A DNA stretch of 63,161 bases, counting the filler, from Cercozoa sp. M6MM (lineage: Eukaryota > Protista > Endomyxa: Ascetosporea), in NCBI GenBank assembly GCA_040357565.1. It is 9 parts of 9 records of this genome, joined end to end, with 100 filler letters (N's around TTAATTAATTAA, not from the genome) between each part and the next. Parts side by side here need not be neighbours in the genome. Positions count along the whole stretch, not along the records: positions 1 to 7,279 come from JBDODJ010000640.1; positions 7,380 to 9,937 come from JBDODJ010001742.1; positions 10,038 to 13,185 come from JBDODJ010001587.1; 6 more parts are not named here. One strand, 5' to 3'. Below, piece after piece: positions 1-13,000 of the stretch (position 1 is the first letter of the stretch; each line of letters opens with the position of its first letter). Below the pieces are notes generated by a model. The model was not told where the DNA came from. It worked only from the letters and a program-made list of their open reading frames with translations, and made no database searches. Made by a program: the position numbers and the translations under genes.

Positions 1-45
<45 letters not shown>

Positions 46-367
46 CAGCACGATATACCGCATATCGAACTAGCTGTGATTCCCAACAAAACGGTAGACC
101 ACGGTTGAGAAGGAATTATGTTATTAGACACTCTATCTCACCACGACAAAGGCACCAGCAACCAACCACCTGAACGCGGACGAGTCGCTCATTAGGTCAT
201 GTCGGGCATGAATTGTCGAGCGCAGCTCATTCAGTTACTTAAGTAAACCAGATAAACGTCGGCCATTGCCTGTTACGTTCCGATTCAGTTCCGTCACAGA
301 GTCGGTGGCCGGAATTGAAACAACGCGGCAACTTGAATTGTCGAAAGGAGGCTTTTTCGCCCCTGTT

Positions 368-1169
368 TCAAATAAACCCGTAGTATACGTCGCCGTCCTT
401 GGTCGCAACACGCATGATGCTCAGCATGCAATGAGGCACGCTCTGCACGACGGCTCGGACCCAGTGGTTCACAGCTGCCATCACGAGCGAGCGTGTGCAG
501 CCTCCGTCCGACACACGAGTGGCAAAGTCAAACTTTTCTGCGTGCGCTCTAGCACGTTCAGGGTCCACAGCGGCAGGCAGATACTTCGGGTTCACTGCGC
601 GAGTGGCGACGCGCTCGACCGGTTGCCAACGCACGTCTTGCTGCATGTTGTCTTCGCGGATCTGCGTGACGATGCGAAACGGTTCATGCTTTCCAGTTTG
701 ACTGTGTTCCAGTTCGTAGCGCACTTCATCACTCTGCGCAACATACAACTTAAATTCCTTCTGCGGTGTCACGTGCGCAGGAAAAGCGAACTGATTCGCG
801 GCCAATCGCAGCGCTGATGCTGTCGAACTTGCTCACAGGTGCAACGAGACTAGTGCGTCGCCCACGCGTCACTCTTGTCGAGCAGTGTGGAGTGTCCAGA
901 GCGGTGAACGCCACCGTGTAGCTCTTTTCCGAACTTTCGTTAAAGACAACCACGATGTGGTCCAGAGTCTTGCTGTATCGGACTCGCCATTCCTCCACCG
1001 TGAAAGTTTCGACTGTAGTACTCACTGTCTTGAGGGTATCACTTTTGATGGGCTCGTACGCCGAAGAAGCGCGGCGCTGCAGCACAGCACGCCGACGTTT
1101 GCTCATTTGAGCCTGTTCCCCTGGTCCCGAGATAATTCCGCCCACCGGCTGAACACGCGTCGTCGACAT
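368..1169 (-). CDS. Hypothetical protein, spliced, 3' end uncertain
   Basis: ORFs 750..1169 and 368..805 can be joined in frame by a 46-nt GT-AG intron (gtgagc...aatcag). No family recognised. Confidence 0.5.
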
Positions 1170-1820
1170 AGCTCGAAGTGGATTTCAAACTTGCTCTGTA
1201 AAACGAGCACAGTACTGAAGCTTGAGGAATAATAGCTCGCACCTTAAGGAAAAACAGCAAGTGAAGTTTTCAGTTCTTCAGACCTCGGTTGGTTGCTTGT
1301 GGCCGTAGCTTGGACTGTAAATGCAAACCTAGCTGCCTTCAAGTTTTGATTCCTGCAATGACAGCTTCCGCGCGGACCGACGGACCCGACCCAAAGTTGT
1401 GCCACGACTTATATGACACCGATCAGGGTGTTGCCGTTGTATCGAGTCGATTTCAGGGCTTTCCGGATCCGAAACTGAAGCCTGGCCCACCAGTGGAGTT
1501 TCCGTTCGGTTCGGTTGCAGTTCGCCCTCCGACCACAACAGAAAACGAAACTTTGGTTTTGACACAAACTTGCTTGCAACGTAATTGAAGCAAGCTAGTT
1601 GAGTTGTACAAAAAAACTAAACAATCAAAAATTTCGACACGCAAAGCGACGCCAGGCATGCATCCGATCTCGCATGGAAGGGAGGAGACCGACAGGACAG
1701 TTGGAGGACAACGAGCGTCTTCAATGTATATGTATGCGTGTACGAGTATGTGCAGACGACGCATGCAAGCAGCCACACTGTCCGGGGAGTCGAGAGGCGC
1801 GTGAAGGCAAGGAGTGGCGT

Positions 1821-3458
1821 CTAGATCGACGAGAACACGGCGTTGTGACGCGCGATGGACGGGCCAATCTCTTCGTACTGCGCCTTGGTGTGACACAGCT
1901 CCGAGAACGTCGGCAGACCGGCCAGCATCGAGGCGCCGAACCACACTGTGGGCGCACACATCAGCACAAGCAAGCAGGGGTAGGTGAAGCAGGGGTGAAG
2001 CAGTGTGTGTACCGGCGAAGCGCTGGAACGGGTGCGTGATCACCTTGACCTTGGTCTCGGTGAGCGCAATCTTGGACATGGCTTGTCTCTTGCTGAACCG
2101 GTCCTTGCAGAAGCGCTTGATGTCGCGCTCCAGACGTCGACCAAAGTCCTTGTACATGGTGCTGCCGCCTGACAGCACAATGTTGGCGTACAGGCCGCGT
2201 CGCGTGTCGATCGGCGAGCTTTGGATCACGCGGTCCTACAACAGTACACATCTATCTATCTACCTATCTATCTATCTATAGATACAAAGAAGCAGACTGT
2301 AAAAACAGACAAGACAGAAGGGCACCACAACAGTCGGCAGCGGCGTCGAGAACTCGTTGCTGAACATGTCAGGCGCGAAGAAGATCTCCGGGCCCAGGAA
2401 GCGCTCGTAGCCGACCTGCACCTCGTACGGCCTGCCCGTGACGCTGTGCTTGCCCTGTGCATAGGCATCAATATACGAGTAGCCACACCCACATCTATAT
2501 GAATATAATATGTATATATAGTAGACGGAGAAGTACGTTGTAAGTCTTGAACTTCTGCTCGGGGCTGGCGTCGAACTTCTCGAACTCCTTGAGCAGGTTG
2601 GGCACGCAGTAGCTGTAGCTCTCCTTGATCTTCTTGGCCACCTGGAACGAGTCCTCCGGCGGAATCGGCTCGCCACGGTCACGCAACATCTGCTGCACGA
2701 ACTTGGTGATGTTGCTGCCGGCCAGCGGGATGTGCTGGATGCACGAGCCGATCACGTAGCCATCGACGACGGGCACCACGTGCGTCACACCGTCACCCGA
2801 GTCGATGACGGTACCAGTGAGACGCTTGTCCTCCGTCGCGATACGGGAGGCAATGATGGCCATCACGGCCTGCACGCCAATGTACATGCCCGGCACGTTG
2901 AAGGTCTCGAACATGATCTCGGCCTGTACACATGGGGTATATCTATATCTATACATCTATATCTTATGTATATAAATATACATATATGCATACATATGGA
3001 TAAGGTATATGTACCGTGTACTCACGGTTCTCGGGAGTGTTCATCGGCGGCTCGGTCAGCAGGACATAGTGGTCCTCTGGGTCCACTCGGAGGTACTGGT
3101 AGATGCAGCGCTGCCAGTACTTCTCCATGTTGTCCCAGTCATGCACGACACCCTCGCGGATCGGCGGCTCCACGACGTACTTGTTGTTGTTGCGCACGGC
3201 CAGTGCCTCGTCGCCGATCAGGAAGTCCAAATCGCTCATGTCCTAACGATGAATATGTCGTAACATACAAGAAACACACAGACTTAGACATCGACATCGA
3301 AACAGACATATCGCTACCTGCTTCTTGCGGCCCAGGGTCTGCTGTTTGGCCTGCGTCGCGATCAGCGACGGCACGATGTGCGACGGCTCCGAGTTGCCGG
3401 CATAGCCAAGCTTCGAGTAGCCCGTACCGTTGTCGATCACGAGCGCTGGCGTGTTCAT
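1821..3458 (-). CDS. ARP3: Actin-related protein 3 (Arp2/3 complex), 5 introns
   Basis: Spliced product contains [94 protein letters not shown] and ends AVFSSI*. All introns are GT-AG. Confidence 0.97.
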
Positions 3459-4121
3459 CTTGCCCGTTGCTCTTCTACCAACAAGACAACATCCAAAAGG
3501 CAACAAAATAGCCAAGCCAAACTCAAAAAGCAAACCGCAACTGTGCCACGACTAAAGCACAACCACTGGGAGTAACGATCAGGGACACTCATGTGCTCCG
3601 GCACGAGACCAGGTGTCATGACAAACACAACGGGTGAAACCAAAAAAACAAAAAAACAAAAGCAGCTTCAGCAGCATGCCAAACCGGCACGGACCTAGGA
3701 CTTTAGCAGTATGCAAGCAACTCACCCCTGAAATGCACCTGAACAGGCGAGAGCGTCCTGAGTCTACTTTGTCATCGCGTGTCTCGAGCCCGGCTCTCTC
3801 GGCTCTTCTTGGTCACTTGAGCCCATGCATCATTCGAAATGGGCTCCTGGGCTGTCACTGCCCGTACTGTACTTGGCAGTGTACTGTGGTTGAAGTGCTT
3901 GCAAAAGAGTGAAGGTTTATCTTTTTACGACGTGTACAGTCGGGTCGTACCACTGCCAGCACCGCAGGCCACAAAGATCAACTGACGGCAGGTTGACGAA
4001 GCGGTTTAGACTAGATATGCTTTGAATGAAGCAACGACGGGCCGCTGAGGGGGTTGTTGCATTTTAAGTTAGGTTTGCATGCCAAAGGTGTTGAAATCTA
4101 CAACGACGGGGGAATCGAAAC

Positions 4122-4733
4122 TTAGTTGGTCTCCTCCTCGCGCAGCTTGGCGTTGCGGTTGAGCACCTTGATGCCGAGGGCGTCGGCGCGGGCGATGATC
4201 TGCGCACAGACAAGAGATACATGGTGAATCCATATGTTTGCTCGCTTGTGTGCAAGCACAAAAGGAGACTCAGAGAGAAGATGGTGTCATCAGATAACTC
4301 AGACAATCACACAAAAGAGATTTCAAAAATTGGATTGTTTGGTTTGTTGTGATTGGTCTCATCACAGTCCCCCCCCACACACACACAACGACAGGGTCAA
4401 GCCTACCGTCTGGCGCTTCTTGGCCGAGACCTTCGAGGCGATCTGCGCGGCGAACTTGTTGCTGACCATCATGAGGCCCTCAACCTCGTCGACGTTGTTG
4501 ACGACACGCACGCGGTAGCCGCACGGCAGCACGTCACGCGACTTCTTGTCGGTACCGAAACCAATGCTCGGCAGCAGGCGGTTCGAGCGGAAGCGACGAC
4601 GCACACGCGAGTCGATACCCTTCGGGCGACGCCACGACTCGTCGACACGCAGGAAGCGGTCCGACTGGTGGCGGATGAACTTCTTCGTGCGCTTGCGCAC
4701 AACCTTCGACGGCTTCAGCACCGGACCGGCCAT
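4122..4733 (-). CDS. RPL32: 60S ribosomal protein L32 (eL32), one coding intron of about 4200-4406
   Basis: KKFIRHQSDR...WRRPKGIDSRVRRRF; second exon IIARADALGIKVLNRNAKLREEETN*. Confidence 0.98.
4264..4372 (-). ncRNA. Intronic box C/D snoRNA, probable U6 Am47 guide (mgU6-47/SNORD7-like)
   Basis: Box C GTGATGA (4365-4359), D' CTGA (4302-4299), C' TGATGA (4292-4287), D CTGA (4273-4270). Terminal stem GGGGAC/GTCTCC. The D guide ATCTTCTCT is complementary to U6 AGAGAAGAU. Confidence 0.8.
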
Positions 4734-5141
4734 TGTGAGATCTGTCGCACAGACACCCAACATCAATCACACATCATACAGCACAGACGCGCCCCCAAAA
4801 AGCACAGCACACAGACACACCAAAAAACACGGCCCACTGCCCACTGCAAGCCAGCACAGAAATATCTCCTCATCCCTAACCGGCTCTCAAACACCGCAAC
4901 ACCAACACCACGCGCACCAGGCGCTGCCGAATAGCACTGGCTGGCGCCGTTGCGGGATTTGAGAGCGAGTCGCGAGAATCGGCGGAATTTTCGTCAGCGC
5001 AACGCCAGCAAGCACGTGGGACAGCTTGGCAGTTATAGAGCGTATGGGCGACTCACCAAAACAGCAAACCCAAAAGGCAGATTTAGTTTTTTTTCGTATT
5101 TTTTGGGATTCTCCGGCTCCGGCGTTCCGCGCGGGCGCCGA

Positions 5142-7260
5142 ATGACCACTCCAGCTAGGCCTGCAGTGTGAGGACTGTGAGTTATTGTGACAGGTACGGC
5201 TTAGAGGTCGCTAGTCGAGACTTGTGATCAGTGGTGCACCGGTGAGCCACGCAACCGGTAGTTTGTTTTTTCCTTTCGGTCTTGGCCAATGTCTGTGTAT
5301 TGTCTGTTTGGTTACTGTGATCGGGTGCGCAGATGGGCATTGACTACCGGCTGCTGTCGTTCAGCTTGAAGCCGCACACGGACGGCGCCGAGAGCGACGA
5401 GCAGCACATCATCAACATCGACTGTCGGCGGCAGATAATTCGCATCACGTGCAAGGAGGTGGTGAAAGAGACCATCAGTTTCGCGCAGATTCAGCACTTT
5501 TGCGCCAACGAGGATGGTTTGTTCGACCGTGTTTGACCTAGTCTGGCTGACCCTACCCTTTGTTTATTCTTGTTGAGCCTTGTTTATCTTGTTGAGCCTT
5601 GTTTATTCTTGTTGAGCCTTGTTTATTCTTGTTGATCCGTGGTGACTGTCAACGCCTGCAGGAGAGACGTTTCGCGTCGACTTCACCGACAGTCATCGGC
5701 GCGTGTTCACGCTGGAGAGCGAACTGGACCGCGACGACATCGTGACGGCGCTGACGATGGCGCAGACGCGCAAGACGGGCTCGCTGGCCAAACGCGTCGG
5801 TGTGACCTCGGTGTTCGAAGGCACGGCCAAGCAAAAGGGCAAATTCGCGCGCTGGTCGGATCGGTGTGTTCTTACCCCCCTCCCTCCTGACTCGCATTTA
5901 CCCTCCTACTTTCTCCAGATGGCTAGTGCTCGTGAGCGGTCGTCTGTTGATCTTCCGCAGCAGCAAAAGCGAAACGCCGCTGGCCGTCATCTCGCTGTCG
6001 GAGACGATGCCGCAGGGCGATCCGCACAAGCCGCTGATCTCGATGCAGGTTATCCTGCCTTTACCCTACCTTTACTCCTACCTTTACCCTACCTTTACTC
6101 TACCTTTACCCTACCTTTACTCCTGCCTTTACCCTACCTTTACTCCTACCTTTACCCTTACCTTTACCCCCACGCAGACACTGTACCACGACTACACATT
6201 GAAATTCGACAATCGCACGGTGATCACGTGGCTCGACATTCTGGAAGACATGGCGCGCATGAGTATGCGCAAAGCGCAGGTAGCAGAGACTGATGTCCGG
6301 AGACTTTGCTTGTGATAGCTTTGTTCTGTTGATGCAGCTTTGCTTTTTCATCCACTTTGCCTGTGCTAGCTTTTGCAGCTTGTGAGTTTTGAAAGCTTCG
6401 GAAAGCGATGATTTGGACGAAAGAAAGCTTGGCTGTTTTGATTTGAAAAACTTTGGTTTGAAAAGCTTTGGTTTGAAAAGCTTTGGTTTGAAAGCTTTAG
6501 TTTGAAAGCTTTGGTTTAAACAGCTTTTGGACAGCTTTGACTTGAAATCATGAAAGCTATGATGTGTGCGTATGATGCGACACAGGCGAAGAAGATGCAG
6601 CGCGAGCAGCGGCGTCAGTCGGCAGCAGGCACAGGCAGCAGCAACAACAACAGCAGCAGCAGCAGCGGCAACAGGAGCGAGATGGCGGTGGAGGAAGCTG
6701 CACGAGCAGCGGCACCGCACGTGTTGCCGAGTCACGTGCCGCGCGCCTTCCTGCCGCCGCACCTGCGTGAGCAACTCGAGCAGGACGAGGCCAAGGCGGC
6801 CTCGGCAGCCTCTCGAGGTCGTGCCGGCACTGTGACCACTCTGGAGGACGCCGTCAGTCCCGAGCTGCGCGGACAGCAGTACGAACAAGCGTACCAACTT
6901 TGTAGCCACTGTACTGTCCTGTTGAACTGTCCTGTTGGACCGTCCTCTTGGACCGTCCTCTTGGACCGTCCTCGTCCTCTTGGACCGTCCTGTTGGACCA
7001 CTGATGATCCCTTGTGGTGACAGTATGACTGGCTACCACAACGTCCGCGTGTACGATGTCAAGCCGGAGAAACGCGCCGCTGTGCCGCTCGAGGAAATGC
7101 ACGACATGTCGAATCCCTTCGAGCAGACCGGCACTGTTTTCGGTGCCTTTCCCTTTTAGCCCCCTACCCCCTCTCCTTACCCCTACCCCCTATCCTCCCC
7201 CCAGACGACAAGAAGGGCGCGCCAGTGCAGAGCGGCGAATTTGGCGCCAAGTTGAGTACG
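5142..7260 (+). CDS. PH-domain protein, 3' partial
   Basis: Spliced FEGTAKQKGKFARWSDRWLVLVSGRLLIFRSSKSETPLAVISL...LKFDNRTVITWLDIL is a PH pattern. The gene runs into the gap, and the start exons are tentative. Confidence 0.7.
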
Positions 7261-7323
7261 GTGGCTGTTTCACCCCCCCNNNNNNNNNNNNNNNNNNNNN
7301 NNNNNNNNNNNNNNNNNNNNNNN

Positions 7324-7335
7324 TTAATTAATTAA
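7324..7335. other. Artificial scaffold linker TTAATTAATTAA (also at 9982, 13230, 29444, 31666, 58095, 59993, 61654)
   Basis: An identical 12-mer with stops in all six frames, flanked by N runs, occurs eight times. Genes are truncated at these points. Confidence 0.97.
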
Positions 7336-7412
7336 NNNNNNNNNNNNNNNNNNNNNNNNNNNNNNNNNNNNNNNNNNNNCCCCCTTAACCCCCCCACCCA
7401 GAGAGGAGGTAC

Positions 7413-8016
7413 CGTGGCAGCCACAGCGGCCACGCAGAAAGCGGCAGTCGACTGCAGCGCTCCGTCCGTCTAGACGGTACATTTGTACATGTACAATTTG
7501 GACAAACCTATACATTAAATATATTATAGCCAAGTGTACCTGTGCAACCATCGGAAGCAAGGTTTGTCGCACATACTCACGTGCAGGCTCGTCCAACTAT
7601 GTACACATAGCGACACACACACCCCAGGAGGAAGACGGTCTACCTTGCTGATCTGCCACCTGACGCAGTTCTTTAGTTGCACACCAGCCTGCAGGGGAGG
7701 GGTAAAGGGGGGGGGGGGTAAGGGGGGTAAAGGGAGTAGAAACCTGCTGCCGCAGCGCGAGCGGCTGCCGCTCGTCGGCAAAGACGACGCACAGGTACTG
7801 ACACATGTGCGGGTGCTGCTTGAGCTGCTCCCACTGCCGCGTGGCCTGGCACACCTGCACAAACACTCAGTTACATACTGGCACACTCCCAAAACACACA
7901 CCATACGGCCGCCGAGACTGTCCTACCTGCTCGTGAGTGGCGCCAATGCCGCTCACGGCACTCAGCATCCGCGTCACGGCCGTCAGCTGCGCCTCATCCG
8001 GCTGCCACGTTGCCAT
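7413..8016 (-). CDS. Transportin/importin-beta-2 family N-terminus, 3' partial
   Basis: MATWQPDEAQL...QYLCVVF...LRQQAGVQLKN resembles the transportin N-terminal HEAT repeats (W.P start, AG..LKN). Confidence 0.75.
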
Positions 8017-8291
8017 TAGTCCTCTGTCTCCTCTCTTGGCTCGCACACACACACGCGCTGCTCTCTGCAGTCACCAGAGCGAGCCCCGAGACCTTAAACT
8101 TTCGTTCGGGCTCACAGCTGACGGTTTAAGGCGGACGGATTGTGCGATTTTTTTAAACAATTTTTCTTGGAGCACAGCAAAGTACAGTAAGCTACTGTAC
8201 AGGACAGAGTCAGCGTGTGCTTGCATCACCTTAGTGCCGCATGTTGTTTGATTCATGGGAGGCGCGAGAAGCCGTCCCGGCTGAAGGCAAC

Positions 8292-9770
8292 ATGATGGAC
8301 GATTCGATCATGTCAATAAACCAGTCGATCCACCAGGCACAGCAGGGTGCTTCGTAGCTTAGCCTTCATGTGCATGAGTGCACCGGTCTGTTGTGTTGCA
8401 GGTGATCTGAGTGACGACGAGGGAGAAGAGGCCGGCGACGATGAGTTGCAGTTCGAGGTGTGTGGGGGTTCTGGGATACTGGGGGAGTTTGGGATGATCT
8501 CTGACGGTGTGATCACTGATCTCTAAGTTGACTGAGTAACCGTGCGCACTCTGAGAGCGCAGGAACTGTTCGAACTGACGCCGCTGTCGGAGATCGAGGT
8601 GGCACGTGGCAGCAGCGTGCTGTGCGGCGCCGCCAACAAAGACTTCGTCGTCGTCGTCACCGACGCACCGGCGCTGCTGTAGCTTCTTTTTTCGCATTTT
8701 GTTTTCTTGTATTTGCGCTGCTGTCCGCGCGGACGAGTTTCCTCTGTCTTTTCCGTATCTTTCCGGCAGGAGACACGACTTGGAAACTGGCGACACTGAC
8801 ACGACGCCACTGCCTGTGATTTTGCTTTTGNNNNNNNNNNNNNNNNNNNNNNNNNNNNNNNNNNNNNNNNNNNNNNNNNNNNNNNNNNNNNNNNNNNNNN
8901 NNNNNNNNNNNNNNNNNNNNNNNNNNNNNNGTTACCCCCTGGAGCAGAGCGAAGGCGACACGGCGCGACATGTGTTTCTCAACGACAAGGTACAGCGAGG
9001 AGTACCTGCTGACTGGTCCAGATGGACGAGGAACTGGTCCAGATGGACGAGGCACTGGTGTTTGTGTGTGCACAGGGCGACGCTCTGGTGTGTTTCCCGA
9101 CGCGCACGCTGCGAGTGTCGGTCGAGACAGGCAAGGTGCTTTTGCTTTGAGTTGCGTTGCTTTGCTTGAGTTGAGTTGCTTTGCTTTGCTTTGCTTGAGT
9201 TGAGTTGAGTTGCTTTGCTTTGCTTGAGTTGCTTTGCTTGAGTTGAGTTGCTTTGCTTGAGTTGAGTTGCTTTGCTTTGCTTGAGTTGAGTTGAGTTGAG
9301 TTGAGTCGCTTTGCTTGGCAGGTGAGCTCGCTGAGCAAACTGAAGAACACGACGGTCGAGTCGCTCGTTTTCGTCGGCGACAATGTACTCTGTTTTACCC
9401 CCCTGTTTACCCCCCTGTTTCCCCCTTGTTTACCCCCCTGTTTACCCCCCCTGTGTTCGTCCCCAGGCACTGGTGGGCACGAGCGACGGACGAATTCTGC
9501 GCGTTGCTTTCGACCGCCGCGGCAAGGACAAGGTGTTTTACCCCCCTGTTTACCCCCCTGTTTACCCCCCCTGTTNNNNNNNNNNNNNNNNNNNNNNNNN
9601 NNNNNNNNNNNNNNNNNNNNNNNNNNNNNNNNNNNNNNNNNNNNNNNNNNNNNNNNNNNNNNNNNNNNNNNNNNNGTTTACCCCCCCCCCCCCCCCAGTA
9701 CACGCGAGCCTTGTGGCAAGCCAATGAGCGCGTGCCGATCTGCGGCTTGGCACTGGAGCACTTCCCTGTG
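8292..9770 (+). CDS. VPS18: Vps18/Pep3 (HOPS/CORVET) N-terminus, 3' partial
   Basis: Spliced RHVFLNDKG...LSKLKNTTVESLVF...ALVGTSDGRILRV...PICGL matches Vps18 beta-propeller motifs. Confidence 0.75.
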
Positions 9771-10037
9771 GTACCCCCCTTTTACCCCCTTACGCCTTTT
9801 GCTCCCTTTACCCCCTTGCCTTTACCCCTTACCCCCCCTCCTTACCCCCTTTTAACCCCCCTCTTTACCCCCCTCTTTAACCCCCCTCTTTACCCCCTTT
9901 ACCCCCTCCCCTTTGAACCCCTCTTTACCCCCCCCCCNNNNNNNNNNNNNNNNNNNNNNNNNNNNNNNNNNNNNNNNNNNNTTAATTAATTAANNNNNNN
10001 NNNNNNNNNNNNNNNNNNNNNNNNNNNNNNNNNNNNN

Positions 10038-13000
10038 GTTCGGCGGCTCGGCGCTGGACGAGGACAGTCACGTGGCCACGGAGGTTTACCCCCTTTTTTA
10101 CCCCCCTCTTTAGCTCCCCCCGTGCCTCTTGTATTACCTCCTGTACAGGGACTGTACCAACTGACCGACCTGTCGAACGCGTCGCGTGTAATTGTGACTG
10201 AGAAGGGTAGCCCACCTGTACATATGGACATACATATGGACATACATATGGATGTACATATGGATGTACATATGGACGTATATATGAACGTATATGTGTA
10301 CACGTGGGTGTCCCTGTAGCCAACGGAAAGGCCGCGTGGCTGACGATGTTCCGCTTTCGTCGACGCGTCTTTGTGTTCGGTAGGCCTTGCACTTGCTTTC
10401 ACCTCCCCTTTACCCCCTTCTTACCCCCCACCCCAGGTGGCAGCAAGAGCGACCACCACGTGATTCCGATGGACAGGTAGCCATCGTTTTCTGTACACTC
10501 TGCTCCCTTAACCAAAAACACACTCTTAATAGTTTCGACACCTACGTCGATCGCATCGGCGACAAGTCGTACGCCAAGCCCATCCTGCGTACCCTCCTCT
10601 GTGTGACCACGTGTCACTGACTGACTGAGTGACTGAGTGACTGGGTGACTAAGTGACCGAGTGACTGAGTGGGTGGGCACGTGCGCAGGCTGTTTCCACC
10701 GTCAGTTCCGCCGACTGTCGGAGCAGCACAAACTCGAGTTCATGGCGCGACTCATCGGCACCGACGACCGGGTACAAACGGGCCTGTCCATGCCATATGT
10801 CCATATAGACCTGTCCATGTTGTACCTGTACCTGTACATGTTGTACCTGGCTACAGTGCGGCGACACGCTGTGCGGCGAGTACGAGGACGGCATGCACAT
10901 GGTCCCGCTGGCACAAGGACAGTCGCCCGTGCTGCGTTTCTTTGGTACCTGCTCCCGCTCCCTTAACAAACACAGCCTTAAACACAGCCTTAATAAAGCA
11001 CACCCTTAACAAAAGCGTTGCTTTAACAAACACCACCTTAATATAAACACGCCCGTGGTGTAGGTTTCGTCAAGAAGCGCGGCGCTGTCGACATCGGCGA
11101 TCCCAACGAAACCCTGGTACTCGCGCAGACTTACTTGTGCATGGCTACTATTAAGGGAGCGAGTTAGACTTGTTAAGGGTGCTCTTGTTGTTGTTGTCAG
11201 TGCGAGGACGCCGTGCGGGCGCTCGAGTACCTGCGACAGCTCGGCTTTGAGTATACCTATCTATGCATATCAGGATGATACCTATACAGATAAAGAGGGT
11301 GTGTGAGTGACCACGTGACTGTGTGAGTGACCACGTGCACGTGCACCACTGAATGTGACCACGTGGCTGTGACTGTGACTGTATGTGTGACTGGGCGGGT
11401 GCAGAGTGATCCGCGTGGTGGTGCGCACGCCCGAGGACATGCGGCGGCACAAGATGCGTCTGCGCACCGGCCGCGGTCTCGAAGGTGCCTTTGCCCCCCG
11501 TTTACCCCCCTGTTTACCTCCCTCCCCTGTTTAAGTTGTTTACCCCTGTTTACCCCCCCCCCCCCACTTCACCCGCATGTGTGCCTCGGGCAGGCTTTGT
11601 GCTGCACTGGCAGTGCGAGGTGCCGGACCATCCGGGCCGCTTCCGCACCGTCGCCGTCGAGAAGGTAGCCGCTCACCTGCACAAACGCCCCCTTAATAAA
11701 CCTGACAATTAATTAAGGCTGCGTGTGTGTGTGTAGTTCAAGACCTGGTGGTACGTGATCGTGCGCGTGATTCGTCAGTTCCTGCTGGACAAGTACGTCG
11801 CTCCCTTAAGCACCCAACCCACACCCTTAAATGTCTCCATCTGCCCCTTAACAAAGCCCCTTAACAAAAGCCCCCTTTAACAAAAGCCCCCCTTAACAAA
11901 ATGGTAGGAATCAGCACGGCAGCAACTGGGAGTCCAAGATGCTGCGACGCTTCCTGGCGCGCAACGAGGTTCGTTTCTTGTGTGTGCACGCACGTGTCTG
12001 ACTGACTGACTGACTGACTGAGTGGGCACGTGTCCCACTGACTGAGTGGTGAGTGGGCACGTGTCCCACTGACTGAGTGCTGAGCGGCACGTGTCTCTGT
12101 GTGTGTGCACAGGGCTTCCTGCACCTGCCGGAGGGCATGCTCAAACTGTGGCTCGGTAAACAGCCTTGTCCGTGTCCATGTGTCCACGTGTCTGTTCAAC
12201 TGGACCGTCTGTCCAACTGGACCGTCCGTATGTCCCTCTCAATGCAGACCTCGGACTGCGTTTCGTCGACTGGTTCGTGCAGAAGCACGGCTGGGCGCAG
12301 GTGCCTCGTTTTGCCCCCCTACCCCCCTTACCCCCTTACCCTACCCCCTTTACCCCCTACCCCCTCCCTTTACCCCCTTGGACCCCCTGCTGCAGGTCGG
12401 CATGGTGGGCATCTCGGAGGGCTGCACGGTACACTCTGTCCGTACACATGGACCTGTGTGTGGGACATGTGGGACCTGTGGGACATGTGGACTGGGACAT
12501 GTGACAGGGCATGGCTACGATGTGGGCGCGCTACATCGAGGAGACTGGCGTACCTCTCTTATCCCTTACCCCTTACCCCCTTACCCTTACCCCCTTACCC
12601 CCCTTTACCCCCCCTTTACCCTACCCCTCTGCAGCTGGACGACGACTTTGACCTGCCGGAGGAAGAGGTGCAGAAACGCGGTCTGCAGCACTTCAAGCTC
12701 ACCAACGGTACTGCCGCACCCTTAAACAAAGAGAGAGCGAAACGCAGCCTTAAACAAAGAGAGAGGAACGCAGCCTTAACTAATGTCAAAACAGGCTACC
12801 TACAAGAGCGACCGCTGCTGCCTGGCATGACGCGTCGACAGGTAGTGCCCCCCCCCCCTTACCCCCCTTACCCCCCTTTACCCCCCTTACCCCCCTTTAC
12901 CCCCCTGTGTGTGTGGACAGGTGCGAACGGCGCCGGCCAAGGGCGTGTTGGTGCTGTTCCAGGGCATTCCGGGTAACCTCACTTTTCGTGTCCACAGGTG

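Noticed and set aside
7280-7379. Recurrent TTAATTAATTAA as a biological repeat, and gene neighbourhoods across it
   Set aside because: It is an artificial six-frame-stop linker inside N runs. Adjacency across linkers (for example VPS18 next to the RNA ligase) carries no meaning.
8458-8562. Second C/D snoRNA in a VPS18 intron
   Set aside because: There are several CTGA but no good RTGATGA box, terminal stem or recognisable guide.
9390-9937. Telomeric repeats or a chromosome end
   Set aside because: The units are irregular, lie within introns and follow gene orientation. They are not CCCTAA-type terminal arrays.
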